A stretch of 63,573 nucleotides of DNA, counting the filler, from Octopus bimaculoides (Eukaryota): NCBI RefSeq assembly GCF_001194135.2. It is 5 parts of 4 records of this genome, joined end to end, with 100 filler letters (N's around TTAATTAATTAA, not from the genome) between each part and the next. Parts side by side here need not be neighbours in the genome. Positions count along the whole stretch, not along the records: positions 1 to 26,191 come from NC_069008.1; 4 more parts are not named here. The stretch is one strand, 5' to 3'. This document shows positions 1 to 14,300 of the stretch, piece after piece; positions within the stretch are counted from its first letter, which is position 1; each line of letters begins with the position of its first letter. Below the pieces are notes generated by a model. It did not search any database and was not told the origin of the DNA. It worked only from the letters and a program-made list of their open reading frames with translations. The position numbers were made by a program, and so were the translations under genes.

Positions 1-169
1 TATATATATATGGTCACAGTCAAATGACTGAAACAAGTAAATGAGTAAATAAGTATTTGAAATTCTTCTGGCAGTGAGTCAAATAGTTCTCTCGGTCTGA
101 AGAATTTCTAATACGTGATGTGTTACACATTTCTCCTACATGTGCAATTCTGTAACTCCTATTAAAGCA

Positions 170-395
170 GGACACTTTATTTCACGTTGGCCCAGGCCAC
201 TCAGCTGGCAAAAGTGAGTAGTACCTGTATTTCAAAGAACTTGTCACATTCTGTGTCACGTTGAATCTCGCTGAGAGTTACACTGGGAGTAAACGTGTCT
301 GTTGAGTGCTCAGCCATATTTGCACGTTGAATTCACGTGCAGGCTGTTCTGTTGATTGGAACCGACGGAGTTAAGGCAGATGACGCCAACAAATG
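170..395 (+). mobile_element. Degenerate SINE fragment sharing the 3' module of SINE family D
   Basis: From gtacctgtatttcaaag to gccaacaa it matches the reverse complement of 2848-3035; the upstream part differs from family D copies. Confidence 0.7.
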
Positions 396-436
396 TTCTA
401 ATCTCCTGTTTTGATACATGCATGTAGTATAAATAC

Positions 437-439
437 GTG

Positions 440-470
<31 letters not shown>

Positions 471-471
471 T

Positions 472-532
<61 letters not shown>

Positions 533-628
533 NNNNNNNNNNNNNNNNNNNNNNNNNNNNNNNNNNNNNNNNNNNNNNNNNNNNNNNNNNNNNNNNNNNN
601 NNNNNNNNNNNNNNNNNNNNNNNNNNNN

Positions 629-701
<73 letters not shown>
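437..701. repeat. (GT)n/(CA)n microsatellites flanking an N-gap
   Basis: Directly visible; source of the spurious CV/HT ORFs. Confidence 0.95.
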
Positions 702-704
<3 letters not shown>

Positions 705-964
705 GACGCGCGCGCATGTGCAGTTGATGAAATTGAATCCCGTATCATAACCGAACATCCCGCATCCACTGCTGCAGAGAAATCTGAGGCAAAACAAACA
801 CATTTTAAAGTTGTGGTAAATTAAGTTTACACTACTTAGAGTGACACTCGAACCATACCCTGCAAGTGTCACAATGTAACCTAAACTACCACACAAGGAA
901 GCGAAGGAGTGTTTTGATGCCGGGACAGCTGTCAACGTCAAGTGTGTACTCTGGTTTATATCAT

Positions 965-2620
<1,656 letters not shown>

Positions 2621-2847
2621 CAACTCACACATCTATACAATCTCCACTCGACTCTGTAGTCATCACACTGGTCGGTATATCACACGAAAAGCAATTACCA
2701 CCCTTCAAAGCACAACCTACACGGCACATACTTTAAACAAGAAACTGAGCGAATTTTTAAAGTAATACCAGAAACAAAACAAAGCAAATCTTACAACGAT
2801 GCAAAGCAGATGCAGCACACGAACACAAGCCTACATTCCCGTAAGAT

Positions 2848-3238
2848 AATGTTGTTGGCACTCCGTCGCTTACGACGTCGAGGGTTCCAGTTGATCCGAT
2901 CAACGGAATAGCCTGCTCGTGAAATTAACGTGCAAGTGGCTGAGCACTCCACAGACACGTGTACCCTTAACGTAGTTCTCGCGGATATTCAGCGTGACAC
3001 AGAGTGTGACAAGGCTGGACCCCTTTCAAATACAGGTGCAACAGAAACAGGAAGTAAGAGTGAGAGAAAGTTGTGGTGAAAGAGTACAGCAGGATTCGCC
3101 ACCATCCCCTGCCGGAGCCACGTGGAGCTTTCAGGTGTTTTCGCTCAATAAACACTCACAACGCCCGGTCTGGGAAACGAAACCGCGATCTTATGACCAC
3201 GAGTCCGCTGCCCTTACCCCTGGGCCATTGCGCCTCCC
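2848..3238 (-). mobile_element. Full-length tRNA-headed SINE (family D)
   Basis: Minus head ggaggcgcaatggcccaggggtaagggcagcggac...gcggtttcgtttccc with A/B-box-like motifs; flanking direct repeat tcccgtaaga at 2837-2846 and 3235-3244; second copy at 26292-26632. Confidence 0.85.
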
Positions 3239-3309
3239 GTAAGACAATACTGCACACGCTTCTAACACATTGTGGACAGGTGTACCCGGCAATACAAGAG
3301 GAACATTCA

Positions 3310-4265
3310 TGAAAATTAGACATGGCATGGATTGTTTGCCGAAGAAACATCTGATCGTGTAACAGACTCTCTTCAATACTGGAAACACTCCATATAAGCA
3401 AAGAAGCTGCAAAACTAATACGGTTCATGAACCATGCTATGTTAAAATGTAAAACAGCCGTATCACTGCAAAGCAAAGGATTCTTGATTAAAAGTAAATC
3501 TATAGCCATAAGAAGAGGTATCTTTGAAGGTATCTCATCGTTGTTCTTACCATTCTGCCCAACTCTGATCTCATTAACAAATATGCTGAATGAGATTCAG
3601 CAACGGTTATAAATGCAACAAATTATAAGCCGTCTCTTGTATGGATAACATGAATTATTTTCAATTACCCAGTTAGAGAACATATTGCTCTCAAGTTTTG
3701 GCACAAGGCCAGCAATTTCGGAGGAGGGAGATAGATCGATTACACCAATCTCCGTACTCACTGGATGGGTGGAGGACTTATTTTATCGACCCCGAAAGGA
3801 TGAAAGGCAAAGTCGTCCACGGCGGAATTTGAACTCAGAATGTAAAGACGGACGAAATGCCGCTAAGCGTTTTGCCCGGTGTGCTAATGATTCTGCCAGC
3901 ACGCCGTTTTTATAGTTCGAGAATATATTAAAAATTGGTAATACATTCAGCCCAATATATAAAAAGGAAAAGTAACTAAAACTGAGAATATTTAATTAGA
4001 TTCAAGTATTAAAACTAGGGAATTAGACCAGGACCAACTATACAAATGCATAGGAGTAGGTAAAACTATAAACAAACCGTAAACATAAAAATGAAGAAGA
4101 AAATTAGAAGAAGAGCGCTTAAGACGCATCTGAACTCAATACAAGACATAAAGTAACAGGAGTAAATATATTTGCCTTTTCAGTTATACACTACAGTTAT
4201 AAAATAATAAGTTGAAAATCAAGTCCAATGAACAGCTTAAATTGAAGGGGGTAAAATTCTAAGCG
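3310..4265 (+). pseudogene. R4/Dong-like non-LTR reverse transcriptase relic, interrupted by a SINE at 3688-3905
   Basis: Translations SIAIRRGIFEG (cf. IRRGIFQGD), ISRLLY (cf. ISHLLYMDD), LNTRHKVTGVNIFAFSVIHYSY (cf. LNARNKxxAINxFAxPV); stops and frameshifts. Confidence 0.7.
3688..3905 (-). mobile_element. SINE family A copy (tail type 2)
   Basis: Shares ttctgagttcaaattccgcc...ctttcatcctttcggggtcgataaa core with about 10 other copies. Confidence 0.85.
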
Positions 4266-4556
4266 TGTTCTGAAGTCGCTGATACTGGTATAGTATACCT
4301 AGTATGCACACAAGGGGAGCAATTATAATTAACAACAGTATGATTAGAAAAGGTAAAACAGAAGATGATTAGTGTAATACGATAATAAATAAATAACACA
4401 GATTTGCGACCAAAAATTGTTTCACATTTATTGGATGAAATTGATCATTTTTTTAATCTACTGATTTAAAAATTTACAAAGAAATTATCTTATCACGTAG
4501 TTTCTTCACAAAATCGATCATTGCATTTACCCTACGTTCGAATTTCACTATTGTCT

Positions 4557-4677
<121 letters not shown>

Positions 4678-5230
4678 TTCAGTAGTTTTATTTTTATAAC
4701 GTGCTTTCACTTCACTACCGAGCGCAGCTCTGTGCGCCTTGGGTATGTGCTGTGGTTTGCTGTGATGCTCTTATGTTTACTGTATTGAAAGTGTTTTGCG
4801 TAGAATGTGTGCAGTACCCAGTAGTGCAATTTTCTGTATGTTATATATATTTGTATATGTATGTGTTGTTGCGTTTTCGTTTTTTAGGTAGAGTACTGCT
4901 GTGAAATAGGCGTGTAGGATCGAAATGTGTTCCTCACGTGTCCATTTATGCCGTTTTGGTTTTGTTTGCGGGACATGAGGAACAACGTCCGGCCCTTTAT
5001 TTTGACGGTCATCGTTTTCGTAGGGTACCGGTTCGTTTATTTCTGTTGTCAGATTGTTTTGCACGTTCATATCTTCGTACTTTTTTCGTAACAAGCTTAC
5101 AGTACGTACTTCTCGGTTGTTATTCTTGGGTGAAATAATACCGGTGTTATTTAATATGTTTGTAATTTTTTTGTACATGGTGTTTTGGGGTTGTACATGG
5201 TGTTTTGGGGTTTGTACATGGTGTTTTGGG

Positions 5231-5231
<1 letters not shown>
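4678..5231 (-). mobile_element. Internally deleted R4/Dong-like mini-element with a 133-aa fused ORF (5178-4777)
   Basis: N-terminal motif KRHKWTREEHISILHAYF joined in frame to C-terminal IQKIALLGTAHILRKTLSIQ*; 3' UTR nearly identical to 53865-54012; (TAA)n on both sides. Confidence 0.8.
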
Positions 5232-5278
<47 letters not shown>

Positions 5279-5297
5279 GTTATTGTTATTATTATTA

Positions 5298-5338
<41 letters not shown>

Positions 5339-5363
5339 GTTGTTATTATTATTATTATTATTA

Positions 5364-5413
<50 letters not shown>

Positions 5414-5429
5414 GTTGTTGTTGTTGTTG

Positions 5430-5487
<58 letters not shown>

Positions 5488-5490
5488 CAT
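5232..5490. repeat. (TTA)n/(TTG)n tract
   Basis: Directly visible. Confidence 0.95.
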
Positions 5491-5888
5491 TAATTTCCAT
5501 ATTCAAATAATCTATAACAGTATAACTAATAGGCATAATTTTGTAAAAATAAACATCTGGCAACGTTTAGACCGCTACAGCTACACAGAGACAAGCCTAC
5601 ATGAATATAGCGTCGGTCGTCTGCAAGCAGTGAGGATAGAAAGATGCGTTATACTAGATTACGTTGCTTAGTTTAAAACGTACCCTTTTTTTAAAATTTC
5701 AGTTATTTCCTCCTGCCTTTTCCCCAAAAGTATATATGCTATATATATTGTTTTATTATACCATATGTTACATTTCAATGCTTTTTATAACATTGTTATT
5801 ACATTTAGATGGTAAAATCATATATATGCTGTTAAAAGAATGTCCCCTTCCTCTTTCTTTACAGACCTCCACATTATTTGAAGCAAGG

Positions 5889-6910
5889 ATGACTTCTAGA
5901 AGATGTGCAGCAAGTCTGGATAACTTTGTTATATTTGTGGCGAGTTTATGCCTAAAAAGCGTCAGAGACACATTACCAATTTGTCAAAAAAAATCTTACT
6001 ATATCTACTTTGGTGTGAAATTAGGAGGCCAAGATCAAAAGTGGGCTCTTCATAAGGCCTTCTCAAGTTGTGTTGAATAGCTAAGACAATGGAAAAAGTG
6101 TACAAAGTGGTATTTTCGTTTTGAGGTTCCAATGACATGGAGAGAGTCTAAAAGTCGCAGTGATATCTGTCATATTTGCTCATGTAAGGTGCAAGGACAT
6201 AATTCGAAGAGTAGGAAGAACTTTGCTTACACAAATCTCCCATTTGCATTGCGACCTTTTGCCATGAACCAATCGTTCTAGTCCCATCGCCACCAGGAAA
6301 TCTTGAAGACATACGCTCACATTTTGAGTCAGAATAGCAACGAGGCCTTATGATGTAAAATGGACATTAAAATTCATTTCCTACATGCCCATTTGGAGAT
6401 CTTTCTGGAAATTCTGGAGATGTGGATGAGGAGCAAGGGGAAGGTTTCATCAAGACATTAAGGAGATGAAAAGAAGATACCAGGGAAGATGGAATATCAG
6501 TATAATGGCCGATGTTGCATCGTGAATGTCCATCACATCCTCACAAGCGAAAGAGTCCCATACATTTTCAAGTGAAAAAGAAGAGATTTTGAAGTGCTGA
6601 ACGTAAAACAAGAAAGGAATGGGACCCTTGTAAAAATCTGTTTTCTAACATTCCAGTTACACTTGTGCCATTTTTATTTATTTATTTATTCATTTATTTA
6701 ATTTTACTAAATAAAGTACCAAATTCATTTTTATTAGTTTCATTTTGCCCTACCATATGTGGATCTACCTAAACTACCATTAAATTGTGAGAAAATTTTA
6801 GGTAATAGGAAAGAGCCTTTTTCATATTTCGAAATAGCACCACAAAAATATATAAATTAACACACAATTATCAAAACAATTTTCAAAAACTTCCATTTCG
6901 TAGACCTGTG
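5889..6910 (+). pseudogene. Chapaev3-like (CMC superfamily) DNA transposon relic, internally deleted
   Basis: Frameshift-corrected MTSRRC..DNFCYICG..YFGVKLGGQDQKWALH..VPMTWRE..C..C and IKIHFLHAHL..DEEQG..FHQDIKEM.RRYQGRW; ends gtagacctgtg. Confidence 0.7.
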
Positions 6911-7014
6911 GGTAAGATTTTGAAATGGAAATAAGTATAATGAAAGGAAAAATAATGCCAATGATATGAACATGAGCAAAAACATGGAAACCCATTCCAG
7001 GGCTCATGGTCCTA

Positions 7015-7110
7015 GCACCATCAAAAAAGTAACTCTACCGGGTACAAACCCACATCCTAAACAAGACCCTTTCAATTTACAAACACGACTTATACAGTAC
7101 ACGCTTTCCA
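7015..7110 (+). mobile_element. Degenerate 3' end of a Dong-like element
   Basis: catcaaaaaagtaactctaccgggtaca..cacatcctaaacaagaccctttcaat resembles catacagaaaattgcactactgggtactgcacacattctacgcaaaacactttcaat. Confidence 0.45.
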
Positions 7111-7368
7111 CATAATATACAGCACATATTTTAAACAATTGCTCAATAATCAGATGAAACACGTTCATATCTAAACCACTACTAACTACATCTAATCTTT
7201 AATTAGTCTAATTCTCTAAGCCAATCTTGGGTAATCTGTGGCGCGGGGCATTTTCTGAATGACACGCCTAACGAAAAAGTATCTTCAATATTTTTTTAAT
7301 AGTGCACTGCGCCTGATGATGAACCATGTCTCATGCTACCCGCTTCTCAAAAACAGTTCCCCATACCT

Positions 7369-7590
7369 ATTTCTTTACTGCCCACAAGGGGCTACACAGA
7401 GAGGGGACAAACAAGGACAGACAAACGGATTAAGTCGATTATATCGACCCCAGTGCGTAACTGGTACTTAATTCATCGACCCCGAAAGGATGAAAGACAA
7501 AGTCGACCTCGGCGGAATTTGAACTCAGAACGTAACGGCAGACGAAATACCGCTAAGCATTTCGCCCAACGTGCTAACGTTTCCGCCAGT
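7369..7590 (-). mobile_element. SINE family A copy (tail type 1) with 15-bp TSD
   Basis: cagttccccatacct at 7354-7368 and 7587-7601. Confidence 0.9.
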
Positions 7591-7904
7591 TCCCCATACC
7601 TGCTCTAATACCTGTTTCATGATATTTGTAGTTTGTATTAGTTCTCCTCTCTTCGAGGTTTTGTCAATGCCTATTTCGAAACCAAATTTCATATCAATCC
7701 TCCTAGTAAACATGCATAATGTCTGTGAGCGACGTTGCTAGTTGCTTATTGTCTGTTGCATACAACTTGGTATCATCCTTGTAAAATGGTCGTATAGCAC
7801 ATCCGAGTCGTCTGATTAGATGTTGCCTTTGTTGTTTAACCCCTACTGCTAATCAGTCCCTGCTAATCTCAGGTTTTTCTTTCCATTTCTACAGCCAACC
7901 GACA

Positions 7905-8082
7905 TCTACCAACGTTTGATAACCGGTGTTGAAGTGCTTACGTCCCCGTAGCTTAGCAGTTCGTCAAAATAAACCGTTAGGATAAATACCTGGCTTTAAA
8001 AAATTCTTTCGACAAAATTCTTCAAGGCGGTGCCCCAGCATGGCCGCAGTCAAATAACTGAAACGAATAAAAGATAAAAGAA
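7905..8082 (+). mobile_element. SINE family B 3' half
   Basis: acgtccccgtagcttagc...ccccagcatggccgcagtcaaataactgaaac tail. Confidence 0.8.
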
Positions 8083-8349
8083 AGATACAGATATTTGTAT
8101 GTCTGTTCGTGTGTTACAATGCACTTATTATTAGACATGCTTTCGGCATCTCCGCTCACTCAGAGCTGACCGGAAGCTTAACAACGGCCGATAACACAAC
8201 TTCTCAGTCATCGCGATCCCTTTATGTAACCACACTCCTCCCACTACCATCGTCACCATCGTGATACCCGTCTCAACTCTTACCGCCACCAAACAGAACA
8301 CCACCATTATTTTACCAAAGCCGAAGTCCTCTCTACACCAGTGATTACC

Positions 8350-8434
8350 ATTCGCTCCACTGCTACCACCAGAACCACCACCACCACCACCTCTACTAAT
8401 ACTACTGCTACCACAGCTACTACTACTGCTGCTG

Positions 8435-8466
<32 letters not shown>

Positions 8467-8475
8467 GCTGCTGCT

Positions 8476-8537
<62 letters not shown>

Positions 8538-8707
8538 NNNNNNNNNNNNNNNNNNNNNNNNNNNNNNNNNNNNNNNNNNNNNNNNNNNNNNNNNNNNNNN
8601 NNNNNNNNNNNNNNNNNNNNNNNNNNNNNNNNNNNNNNNNNNNNNNNNNNNNNNNNNNNNNNNNNNNNNNNNNNNNNNNNNNNNNNNNNNNNNNNNNNNN
8701 NNNNNNN

Positions 8708-8760
<53 letters not shown>

Positions 8761-8792
8761 CACCACCACTACTACTACTGCTGCTACTGCTG

Positions 8793-8840
<48 letters not shown>

Positions 8841-8863
8841 ATACTACGGCTGCTACCACCACT

Positions 8864-8927
<64 letters not shown>

Positions 8928-8930
8928 TAG
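8350..8930. repeat. (ACT/ACC/GCT)n microsatellite around an N-gap
   Basis: Directly visible. Confidence 0.95.
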
Positions 8931-9366
8931 CTTCCTTTGCCGAAACTAACACAAGTGTCATGTCCGTATTTACACCATCCGCCCCCCCCACCACCACACA
9001 CCTCATTATTTCCATAACTGCCGTTATTGTACGTCGCACACTACATAATGCCACCACCACCGCCACCAGCTGCACTATAAAACGTGATGGATTTGCTAAG
9101 GAAATCGTGGTAGGGTGTCTTTGAGGGTCTCAGATGATAAGAGTGTCTGTGTATCTCTGTGTGTGTGTGTGTGTGTGAGTGTGTGTGTGCATATCTATGC
9201 ATCTATGTATGTATGTATGTATGTATGTATGTATATGTATATGGGTTTATGGGGCGTGGCTGTATGTATGGGAGTGTATACGTGCATGGTTATGCATGAG
9301 TCAGTGTATGTGTGTGTATATGTGTGTATGCGTATGTTTGTGTATGCGTGTGCGTGTTTGTGTGCT

Positions 9367-9423
<57 letters not shown>

Positions 9424-9891
9424 NNNNNNNNNNNNNNNNNNNNNNNNNNNNNNNNNNNNNNNNNNNNNNNNNNNNNNNNNNNNNNNNNNNNNNNNNNNNN
9501 NNNNNNNNNNNNNNNNNNNNNNNNNNNNNNNNNNNNNNNNNNNNNNNNNNNNNNNNNNNNNNNNNNNNNNNNNNNNNNNNNNNNNNNNNNNNNNNNNNNN
9601 NNNNNNNNNNNNNNNNNNNNNNNNNNNNNNNNNNNNNNNNNNNNNNNNNNNNNNNNNNNNNNNNNNNNNNNNNNNNNNNNNNNNNNNNNNAAAGAAAGAG
9701 ATAAGGTGCTTGTGTATGTATGCGTGTGCGTGTGTGTTTGAGGCCTACAAAACCACATATGCATGTATGTAGATAGATAGATAGATAGATAGATAGAACG
9801 GCAATCAGGGAAAAAGTTCGAGGTTATGCATGTAGGGGGCTGGGTACCCGGTTGTGACCCGTGGGATTATGTAAACTTCATCATACTGATA

Positions 9892-9927
<36 letters not shown>

Positions 9928-10456
9928 CTCTCTCTCTCTCCCCCCACACACAGAGAAATGCATGCACAAAGCGATACACATATATACAGACACATATCAC
10001 CACTACCGCCACCCACCCCCACCACTACCATCGACACATACACACTCATATAAATTATAAACATGCAGTAGAATAGAGATATAACAACGGTGGTGTGACA
10101 GACAGAGAGAGGGTGGTTGAATAGAGGAGAATGGAGAATATATACAAAGAAATCTAGAGAGAAGTGGATCAGTGAGGTGGAGTTTGGTTGGACGAAAGTG
10201 CATTAGTTTAAAGCAATAAAGAAATGTGCATTTTAATTCTGAAGTGCAGCCAACCACCCCCATCTCCTCCTTAGATCTCTAGTACACGCCCATACATATA
10301 TACAAGTACATACCGCATACATACACGCATGTAACAATATATACGTAGAGGCATATATGTACACATAATGCATACCTATTTACACACAAATGTATACATA
10401 CATACATACATATATATATATATATAAATATATATATATATCATCATTCACGGTTG

Positions 10457-10490
<34 letters not shown>

Positions 10491-10504
10491 TCGTTTACGG
10501 TTGC

Positions 10505-10559
<55 letters not shown>

Positions 10560-10565
<6 letters not shown>

Positions 10566-10785
10566 GCCCACCGCCATGGGTGTGCGTGCATATGGTTCAC
10601 CAGATTTTATAATAATATTTTACCCATTGCCCATGTTCTCATACTGAGTATATAAGACGCAGTAAATATTTTCTGCGGATATATTCCTGGAATTAGCGCG
10701 CCAAAACGAAGACTTTTGAATTTTACCATTAAGCTGTAATTAGCAGAACCATATGCACGCGCACCCATGGTGGTGGGCAACTCTG
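10560..10785. mobile_element. MITE with ~38-bp terminal inverted repeats
   Basis: agagttgcccaccgccatgggtgtgcgtgcatatggtt versus aaccatatgcacgcgcacccatggtggtgggcaactct, 2 mismatches. Confidence 0.85.
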
Positions 10786-10820
10786 TATACGATTCTGATG
10801 ATTACAGTTAAATTACAAAT

Positions 10821-10878
10821 CAGGCTGATGAGGAATAGACAAATGGTAAGAATTTGTTAAATCCGAAACTAGTTCCTG
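10821..10878 (+). ncRNA. Type I hammerhead ribozyme motif (Penelope/retrozyme-like)
   Basis: cagg-CTGATGA-GGA..acaaat..atttgt..TCC-GAAAC-TA-GTT-cctg; stem I cagg/cctg; palindromic stem III ACTAGT. Confidence 0.7.
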
Positions 10879-11818
10879 TTTAATAATGCTTTTTTTGGTG
10901 ATTTTAAATGTCTTGCCAGCTCACGTTTTTGGTATGCTGCTATATTTCATGTTGAGAACATTTTAGGTCTTAATAGACACAAGATGTGATCTATTTCTAG
11001 CGCATTAATNNNNNNNNNNNNNNNNNNNNNNNNNNNNNNNNNNNNNNNNNNNNNNNNNNNNNNNNNNNNNNNNNNNNNNNNNNNNNNNNNNNNNNNNNNN
11101 NNNNNNNNNNNNNNNNNNNNNNNNNNNNNNNNNNNNNNNNNNNNNNNNNNNNNNNNNNNNNNNNNNNNNNNNNNNNNNNNNNNNNNNNNNNNNNNNNNNN
11201 NNNNNNNNNNNNNNNNNNNNNNNNNNNNNNNNNNNNNNNNNNNNNNNNNNNNNNNNNNNNNNNNNNNNNNNNNNNNNNNNNNNNNNNNNNNNNNNNNNNN
11301 NNNNNNNNNNNNNNNNNNNNNNNNNNNNNNNNNNNNNNNNNNNNNNNNNNNNNNNNNNNNNNNNNNNNNNNNNNNNNNNNNNNNNNNNNNNNNNNNNNNN
11401 NNNNNNNNNNNNNNNNNNNNNNNNNNNNNNNNNNNNNNNNNNNNNNNNNNNNNNNNNNNNNNNNNNNNNNNNNNNNNNNNNNNNNNNNNNNNNNNNNNNN
11501 NNNNNNNNNNNNNNNNNNNNNNNNNNNNNNNNNNNNNNNNNNNNNNNNNNNNNNNNNNNNNNNNNNNNNNNNNNNNNNNNNNNNNNNNNNNNNNNNNNNN
11601 NNNNNNNNNNNNNNNNNNNNNNNNNNNNNNNNNNNNNNNNNNNNNNNNNNNNNNNNNNNNNNNNNNNNNNNNNNNNNNNNNNNNNNNNNNNNNNNNNNNN
11701 NNNNNNNNNNNNNNNNNNNNNNNNNNNNNNNNNNNNNNNNNNNNNNNNNNNNNNNNNNNNNNNNNNNNNNNNNNNNNNNNNNNNNNNNNNNNNNNNNNNN
11801 NNNNNNNNNNNNNNNNNN

Positions 11819-12205
11819 CATAGAGGGGACAAACAGGGAGAGACAAAGGGATTAAGTCGATTACATCGACGCCAATGCGTAACTGGTACTTAATTTATCG
11901 ACCCCGAAAGGATGAAAGGCAAAGTCGACCTCGGCAGAATTTGAACTCAGAACGTAACGGCAGACGAAATACCTATTTCTTTACTGCCCACAAGGGGCTA
12001 CACACAGAGGGGACAAACAAGGACAGGCAAAGGGATTAAGTCGATTACATCGACCCCAGTGCGTTACTGGTACTTAATTTATCGACCCCGAAAGGATGAA
12101 AGGCAAAGTCGACCTCGGCGGAATTTGAACTCAGAACGTAACGGCAGACGAAATACCGCTAAGCATTTCGCCCGGTGTGCTAACGTTTCTGCTAGCTCGC
12201 CGCCT
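11819..12205 (-). mobile_element. SINE family A head-to-tail dimer
   Basis: Full copy 11965-12205 runs directly into a 5'-truncated copy 11819-11964. Confidence 0.9.
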
Positions 12206-12398
12206 TACTTAATACAGAAATATTACTTCTCAAAATGGATCTACAGAACATAATTTCAATGGATAAGAAGTGTCAAGAAACATAACGTAGTGAAACAGTC
12301 AAAATTCTGAACTGAAGAAATGAAGAACCAAAAGCCATAGAATTATGATTAAAGTAGAAACATCACATCATTCAAAACATAAGATATACACATATATA

Positions 12399-12757
12399 GG
12401 CGTGATTGTGTGGTAAGAAGCTTGCTTCCCAACCACATGGTTCCGGGTTCATTCCCACTTCATAGCGTCTTGGGCGAGAGTCTCCTGCTATAGTCTCGAA
12501 CCGACCAAAGCCTTGTGAGTGAATTTAGTAAATGGAAACTGAAAAAAATCCCGTTGTGTGTGTGTGTGTGTGTGTGTGTTTGTGTTTGTGTTTTTCCCCC
12601 ACCGCTGCTTGACAATGGGTTTTAGCAAAAAGAGACCGATAGAATAAGTATCAGATATAAAAGTAAGCACTGTGGTTGATTCTTTCGACTAAAAGCTTCT
12701 TCAAGGCGGTGCCCCAGCATGGTCACAGTCTAATGACTGAAACAAATAAAAGATAAA
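12399..12757 (+). mobile_element. SINE family B, near full length, with internal (TG)n
   Basis: tRNA-like head gtgtggtaagaagcttgc...ccgggttcattccc; ccccagcatggtcacagtc tail. Confidence 0.85.
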
Positions 12758-13329
12758 ACATAAAATATACCAACAAAGTTTTGATTCAGTGTCTATCAGA
12801 GATTGCTTTCTTAAGAGATTCATAAGAGAACATAACGTATGAAAAAATGTTGTGTATGAGAAGAATTTCATAAGGCTTTACAATTACCGCAATAACTTTG
12901 TCTTTTCTCTAAAAAAACCTGGATTACGTAACATTCCAATTGTTTAGGCTGAAACACCACCAAATTCAAATCTACGAAAGCGTCAGCAAAGAGGACAAAA
13001 TCGCTGCTGCATGCGGATCTGTGTGGGGATAGGTGTATCCGTGTGTGTGTGTGTATGTGTGTGTGTGTGTGTCTGTTAGCCTGTGTGTGTGTGTGAGGAA
13101 GAGTTTGAGTGAGAAACAAAAAGACAGAGCAAGATTTACCCCCACACATACACTTGTAATACGGTGACCCAAAGGTTCTTACTCTGATAGACTCTCCACC
13201 GAAGTCTTCGAATGGTGCTTGTTTAATGCAATCCTGGTTCTTTTCACTATTTTCAGTGAAAATGTTACCTAGATATTTGAAAGTTTGCCCTGTTGACAAT
13301 TGCCCTTCACCATTGCGATTGTCTGCAGA

Positions 13330-14300
13330 ATGCGCTTGCATTATTACGCCTTTTGTATTTTGGGTAACCATTTAGATTCAGCAATGTCTACTTGGAAACT
13401 TTTTGGAAAGTTCTTTGATAATTTTCCATTTTCCATACAAAGAGAGCCAGGATTATTAGCCCTACAAGGCCCATGTAACTTGAATTTTTGTTTTTTATAC
13501 ATGATTCCGCAATGGAATGTTTTCTTTGGGAATTTCTGCTGATGCTAATCTGTCAATGTCATCTACATTTCTAATTTTGTCTACCTCTCAAAGAATAATC
13601 AACATATAGCAATGCGGAAGGCCTCCTTCCTGAAATTCAATGACATACACATATGCTACTTGCACACCAAGTACGCGTCTCTCCTCGATATCTTTCAAAA
13701 GTTCATTAATATGAGCCTTATAAACCCTTGCAATTAAGTCTAGGTGATTTTCCAATTTCATTCTGTTGCAAGTTATTGAAGATATCTGGATTTTTTCGGA
13801 TTAGATGCATAACTTTAAAAAGATCTGTCTTACCGTATTTTGCGACTATTGCCATATGGACTTACCTGAAATAACGAAGGCAGTATAACTGGAACTCCTT
13901 GTCCAAAACTGCTTCTTTTTTTTTTGTTTGCATTGAGATGGTCCATTAGCCCTTTGTATTATTCAACAAGTAGCTGAAATGATCGTTGCTAATAAATAAC
14001 ACTTCAGGTGCACTTATTTTCGCCCCAATGAAGCAAAGGAAAAGACGTAATTGTATTTCCAAATATTTTTGCGAGAAGAGGTCGATTCTACATTATTTTC
14101 ACTGAAAAAAAAAATTCAGTCCTTCAGGATAGGGCTGTAGCTGAGGCAGCATATCTTACCCATTTTGGTAGCATTTGAGAGGTTCATTACGAATCTAACA
14201 GCTTTACAATGCTTACAGAGAATATTCAGCTCTTTTGACGATCTTTCTCATCTTCATTTTCTATTCTATATTTAACACATTCTCTAATCTGTTCTAAGTA
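13330..14300 (-). pseudogene. Helitron Rep (rolling-circle initiator) relic
   Basis: CKHCKAVRF; NIWKYN..FASLG; VILPSLF; AIVAKYGKTDLF; DLIARVY..VYVIEFQEGGLPHCYMLIIL (cf. VIEFQKRGLPHAH); DID...SAEIP; GYPKYKRR. Confidence 0.85.

Noticed and set aside
7250-7350. Similarity to 50055-50170 including ctgatg.tgaa.catgtctcatgc, a possible ribozyme
   Set aside because: Real but degenerate repeat pair; the GAAA/stem III half cannot be formed in either copy
9805-9884. Minus-strand ATGATGA...CTGA resembling a C/D-box snoRNA
   Set aside because: Terminal stem only about 3 bp, no recognisable rRNA/snRNA antisense element; such a pair is expected by chance in 63 kb
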